Assembly (NCBI GenBank): GCA_973895155.1
Contig: OZ316891.1
Location: 1,293,324 to 1,357,323, forward strand
DNA: 64,000 bases
Direction of reading: 5' to 3'
DNA from: Marsupella aquatica
Lineage: Eukaryota; Plantae; Marchantiophyta
Shown here: piece by piece, positions 58,801 through 64,000 of the stretch
Numbering within the stretch: position 1 is the stretch's first letter
How the letters are laid out: every line of letters starts with the position of its first letter
Position numbers and translations under genes: made by a program
Notes under the pieces: generated by a model
The model's input: the letters and a program-made list of their open reading frames with translations, nothing else
Databases searched by the model: none
Told to the model about the DNA's origin: nothing

Positions 58801-61800
58801 ATCCAAACTCTTTACTTTCCCGTCTCAGGAGTACTCCATGATCTATGGAGTGTCTTTTCCAGCTCTTAGATTCGTGTTCAAGAACATGACTTGATAGCAC
58901 TGGCTGTTGATTTTCTGAGGTCACAGTTTCTGAGGTGCTTGGATGCTCAAACTGACCAGGCTCAGTTTCCAAGGGTTTGGTATGGCTCGGGTCAACTTCA
59001 GAAGCACTCTCCAAGGACGTGAGGGATGGTTCTGATTGTGCATCAAGCTCACGTGGTTCTTCATCAGGGTTGCTGTTTGCGATGTTTACATATTCTTGTA
59101 CTTCACTAGAAGAGCTGGATGTAGATGATAGTTCCAAGGGTCCATCTTCCAATGGATGCTCTTGATTGGGATTCTTCCTAGACAGGAGTGAATCTCCTTG
59201 TACTGAGATGTCTGCCATGTATGGGGGTGATGGTTCCAATGCGTCCCTTGCTTTCTGTGGATCTTCTCTAGAATTCTTCCTTGATAACATTGAAGCTCCT
59301 TGAGCTGCCAGTTGAGAGATAAATGAAATTTTTCGTGCTTGACTTCCCTGCCAAAAGAGATGACCCTTACTTACGTTTGACAGCCTTGTGGGTTGCTGTG
59401 AATAATTGTGTTGACTTGAATTTGCTTTAACTTCTAATAGTTGTTGAGCATACTTATTTGCAGGGCCATTCTATACCAGGCAACGTGCAAAAATGATAAA
59501 ATTGAGATATGAAGAGTGAGCGAATTGTGTTTTAGTCACGGATATAAACTGTAAGTTGTTAAAGTTTCTTTCTATCCTTCTGCCTTGAGCATCCGTGGGA
59601 ATCTAGGAACCTAAAGATACATGTCTTCACTTGGTCAAAGAGTGTGAGCGATGTGATCGAGCTTAATAACGCTACAAAATAAGTTACACGCCAGTTACTG
59701 TGTGTTTATCCGGGATTCTTTTCAATGAATTGAAATTCAATGTTGTAGATTTGGTGTTTAAAAATTACCTTCTGATGACCTGAGCTGTCTAGTGAAGCAC
59801 TGGGGTGTGCACTCACTGAACGCCTGAAGATTTTCAATTTCCTAGATGGTCGTGGACTTTTCTTGATAGCCTGATCCTGCAGTAGTACATGAGAACCCCA
59901 AAGATGTGAATCGCAGGTACTCGTCCTTAATCGCTATGAATGGTCAATGTGTTAGATAGACTGACCAATGCTGCGAAATAATAGAGGCGCTTTGCCAGAA
60001 AAGAAATGAAATGGCTGTACGCCGAAGAAATCCCGTGTTCTCTTCATCCCTACCTTGATCCTTATTTTTAAGATATCCTTCAGCAAATGCGCATGCTGGT
60101 GGGATTCTGCGTCCAAGTGCTTCAAAACCACAACCCCCCTTTCTTCTTGAGAAAAATCTGGATCAAAGCAAAGTAAGTCCAACAGCAGTTTCACCCACGG
60201 ACCAAATACTAGTATATTGTTGTTTGTCATCTCACTTCCAGTTAATAATATCTGAAGAGGTAAGTCCTTCAAATAACAAGTGAGCGACTCCAACACCTTT
60301 GATTTTCCAATGCCAGCATGTCCGGTTACTACAATTGCTGTGCATGACACATCTTCAGTATTTGTCTCGGGCTGGGCTGAGTATGTTCTTGGTGTCTGAC
60401 TTGTAGTGCCCTGCTCAAATATTTGACCAATACTGCTACCACCTTTCGAATCGTATGCCCCTTCCACTTCATTAAAATACACAGTTTCATCTTCCACCAC
60501 TCTAAGTTTCTCGCCCTCAAGCTTGGAATGCCTCCAAAGAAAAGTATCAATCTTAGCGATTGCTGCATCCATTTCAGCCTTTCTTCCATATATAGTGGAG
60601 CAAAGGATGTCTTGAAATTCCTTAGGTGAAGCAATGGGAGAGACCAAACTTTTGATACGTGAGGACTTGTCAGCAGGAGTTACAGCAGGTTTGAAGCATA
60701 CAACACGGTAAACTTTGATAAGTCCAGTTCTGCCCTTAACAGACATCGGAGGAAGTTCCACGGATTCCAGCACATCAGAAGTCATTTTATAAGTGTCCAT
60801 ATCTATGAGGACCTGCCAGGAGGAACAGGACCTTCAATTGCTAGACTAGGAATTGATTGCATTTTCAAGAAAATTGCTGGCAGAACGATTTATCCTTCCA
60901 GCACTTCTTGATTCATAGATATTTCGGAAAGATGCTTATTATTAGTCATTTTAGTCCGTCTTGTAAACTAACAGAGTTAGCAAACTTTCATTTTTGGCTT
61001 TCAAGCCTTGAGAGATTATGAGTAGCCTGTTCAACATTACCTCATTATTTGCCTTCTTCATGAGCCGTGCACTTAAATTTATACAATTGCCAAACACTGT
61101 ATACTCGCATCTTCGTTTCCCTCCAACCACAGTGCATAGCAGCTTCCCTGTGGTGACCCCTATATCGACCTTCTGGCGAAGGGCACCGAATTTCTCAAGA
61201 ACATCCAGAGCGGTCTGGACTCCTCTTTTTGGATCATCCTCGTGCAAGTTTCCTGGTAACCCAAAGGCACAAATCATCACATAGCCTGCAAAGCAACATC
61301 GGCGGTGTGGTAATGAGTCATCGTTGAATGACTGCCATCATTCCAGTCTCTCTGAAAAGTGTTTTCCCCATGTGTGCCCTATAGGAATGAACAATATAAT
61401 CAACATACATTTGCGGAAACCCTACGTCATTTTTTCATAGCCTAGAGAAGAAAATGTTAGTCACATTAATTGGCTAATGACAAGCCAGAAAGGAAATTCT
61501 TCAGCGACGAATGTTAGTTACTGAATGGGTGCTGTATGTGCCAACAGTAAGCTCAATGCAGCAATGCATCCATTTTTTAATCCACGCCAGCAAATATTTA
61601 TCACACTCACCCTTTTCATCCATTCTGAACTGAATAAGCAAACCATCAAATAAGCGGAGAGACTGTTGCACTGTCAGCATAGCCTTCTGGGTGTTTTCCA
61701 ACAAGACAGGTTCATTGGTGTCTTTGCTCGACAAGGAAGGAAGCCCGAGGTAGAGACAAGTCACATGGCGAACTTCGGCACGCACTCTACTGTCAGTGGC

Positions 61801-63994
61801 AGCAGTTGCTTCTATTTTGCTTCTCAACAGTTCTGGTAGGTACCTAACCACATGTGCATGGGATCTGTTGATATCTCTCTGTCAACATGTCTGTTGTTGA
61901 AACCTTTGATTAGATTGAATTGTGTGGAATTATCAGTCAATTCAATTCTGTCATGGTAAATGTAAGCATCGTTATTTTCATCATGCAGCTAGAACATCTG
62001 AAATATTAGTGCCATACCTTTTCAGTATATGAACAGCCATTGGTACCCGTTTGGTTTCATAAGAATCCTGTGGAGCGGGAGGTGCAGAAACATGCCCAAC
62101 AATATGACTTAGGCGCACAAATCCACCCTCCAAGAGCTCACCTTCACAGCGGTTCTCCACAAGTGACCATACTTCTGGCGATAAAATTACATTCCCTGCA
62201 CACAAATGTTAAAATCCATAACATAGTATTATACCGTGAACGTCGTCGTAGGCCTGGGTAGCTAGCTCCCTTGATCAAGAAGAGAAGAGAGGAACATCTG
62301 ACATGAAGGAACTTCATTTGTTCGAACGGGAACATGTCTAAGGATGCGGGACCTCCTACCTTTGAAGACAAAGGGTAAACAAAAGAGTTCCACAACTTCT
62401 TAAAATCCAAATCCAAAAGTCAAATTAAAATGGCACCAGAGTTTGCATGCTCTTCACAGCAGCGTAGTTGTTCCATAGGTTGCCGAAAGTGCTTCGGCTC
62501 ACTTCCAATGGGTACAGGCATGTCTGCCATGAAATATTCCCAGCGGGGCAGCCCAGAAGGCATTTGCAGCCCACCTCCAACACTAAGCATACATACCTGG
62601 TACAAAACTTGAGGTAAGAGGAGATCCTTACTGCCAATGAAAACAGCAAAGGAAACGGCGCTTGCACTTTTGTGGAAAGTTAGTCAGGAATGCTATTTAT
62701 GGGGTAGGAAATGTGAATTATTTTGGAAACAATTGGCCATTGTACCTTTCCAGCCCCAATGAGGACTTTCAAAGCCAGAGTAAGGGATGCATCAGGGACA
62801 GCATCCGAAGAACTTGATCGTTGAAGAATAGCTCTGAGAACGGAATCTCTCTTGCTGCTCTTGAGACGGCTCTTTCTGTGAGTTGGAGAAGCTCCATGGT
62901 GACTTAGAGAACCTCTGGCATCCTTGGAATGAATCTGTGCACCTGAATACTTTCTCTGCGGTCTGCCATTGGCTAGTGGGCTCGCATCCCTGGAGGAAAT
63001 CTGATCTGGCTCGTGATTAGTGCGAGAGGCTCTTAAGGTTCTCAGCACAGTTACTAGCTGTGACATGGTCAGAGGTTTTGATAGGAGGTCGTCCATACCA
63101 GCAGCAAGGCATTCTTTTTTTAGCTGGTCATCAACCTTAGTGCTAACCTGAATGACAATGAATGGATCACATGTATGATTGTGAACAGCTAACATGAATG
63201 CCAAGCAAATGAATGACATGTATCATAGGGAAAACACACACAAGCTTCAACCAGGTCCAGGCAGCTCATGGTCAATCCTCAAGAATATAGATAAAATCTC
63301 CGATATGGTTTCTTTTCTACGGTTTTCGAGATTCAAAAGTCAAGTAAGAAGGGATTATATAAAGAATTTATAAACACATACCCCAACGATTGGAGTTTTA
63401 GATCTGCCTTCACTTTGCCAGCACCAAGAAACCCACAGATTCCAAATAGAGTTAGTTTCAGCATTACTGCTTCAAAAACTACCCACTCTTAAGTACGTTT
63501 AATTATCGAAAGTTTCTTTGTTTTCCTCTTATATTTTAGAGGTCAAATTTTGGATAGCAATTGTCATGCAGAAAGTGAAGTATGCTTATGACTTGAAAGT
63601 GGATTCTACAGAAGGTAAATTTCTTTCCACTCGAGTAATCGCACTAAAACCTCGATCATGCGTAAGAATAGCATGTCATATAGAGATCCATTTCTGTTGA
63701 AGTTTCCAGGGTTTGTTTAGGGAAATGCAAAGCAGATTTCTCAAAGTGGAGCCTTACCTCGAGGAACGAAATCTCGCTCCTCAGCCAACTTATCGCTATG
63801 CATGCACAGAATGCAGCTTTCAGTGGACTTAAGCGTTAGAGAAAAAAATAATTGCTGGGCTTACCACTCCGACGAATAATGTGGGTCGCTCTAATCCCAT
63901 CCAGCACTGGCATGTACACATCCATAAAGATTGCATCAAAATTTTGCTTGGAATTAGCTTTGACTGCCTCTCGGCCATTAGCAGCTAGCACCAC
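52819..63994 (-). CDS. Multi-exon ADCY10/sAC-like class III nucleotidyl cyclase with receiver (REC) domain, STAND P-loop NTPase and helical/TPR-like C-terminus. 5' part lies outside the window; 3' end approximate
   Basis: Phase-consistent exons 63994-63865, ~63407-63382, 63147-62746, 62596-62437, 62195-62018, 61843-61611, 61285-61041, 60812-60054 and further exons down to ~52.8 kb. REC motifs ANGREAV/FMDVYMPVLDG/AGMDDLLSKP; C1 LKVLIGAG..VGG..RWEY..VILSPEVW; C2 AEVRHVT/DEKG/AFGLP/IGVTTG/RCEYTVFGNCINLSARLM/VKG; Walker A GHAGIGKS; Walker B IIIIEDAH. Confidence 0.9.
56488..56523. repeat. (TTTTG)n microsatellite in an intron of the cyclase gene
   Basis: Read directly from the sequence. Confidence 0.9.
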
Positions 63995-64000
63995 CTGCAT

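Noticed and set aside
63758-63795. Possible extra micro-exon (AISWLRSEISFLE) within the REC domain
   Set aside because: Its end phase is incompatible with the next exon's acceptors, and the REC domain reads correctly without it.

Overview
Eukaryotic, intron-containing plant nuclear DNA, most likely from a non-seed land plant (bryophyte, lycophyte or fern; inferred from gene content). Host genes: two divergently oriented paralogs of a small mitochondrially targeted membrane protein (one with duplicated alternative last exons), TMEM230/DUF872, eIF3e (8 exons), an intronless CYP77-like P450 with altered catalytic motifs, and an orphan 3' remnant of Ran GTPase. A large multi-exon minus-strand gene runs off the window end. 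It encodes a soluble-adenylyl-cyclase (ADCY10-type) STAND protein (C1/C2 cyclase, P-loop NTPase, helical/TPR-like tail) with a two-component receiver domain placed directly before the C-terminal half of cyclase C1, i.e. apparently inserted in it. Mobile DNA: a decayed full-length Ty1/copia element (344-bp LTRs, PBS, PPT, near-perfect TSD); nested in its gag, a 4.4-kb TG...CA element with a perfect 5-bp TSD that looks like a protein-coding solo LTR (617-aa ORF, second truncated copy at 31.5-35.1 kb); a degenerate Helitron2/Helentron-type RepHel with an extra spliced ORF; scrambled gypsy/chromovirus fragments; and several tandem repeats. The strongest candidates for a new system are the receiver-containing sAC-like cyclase and the coding solo-LTR-like family with its highly conserved structured 3' segment. 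All calls are by eye; no database searches were run.
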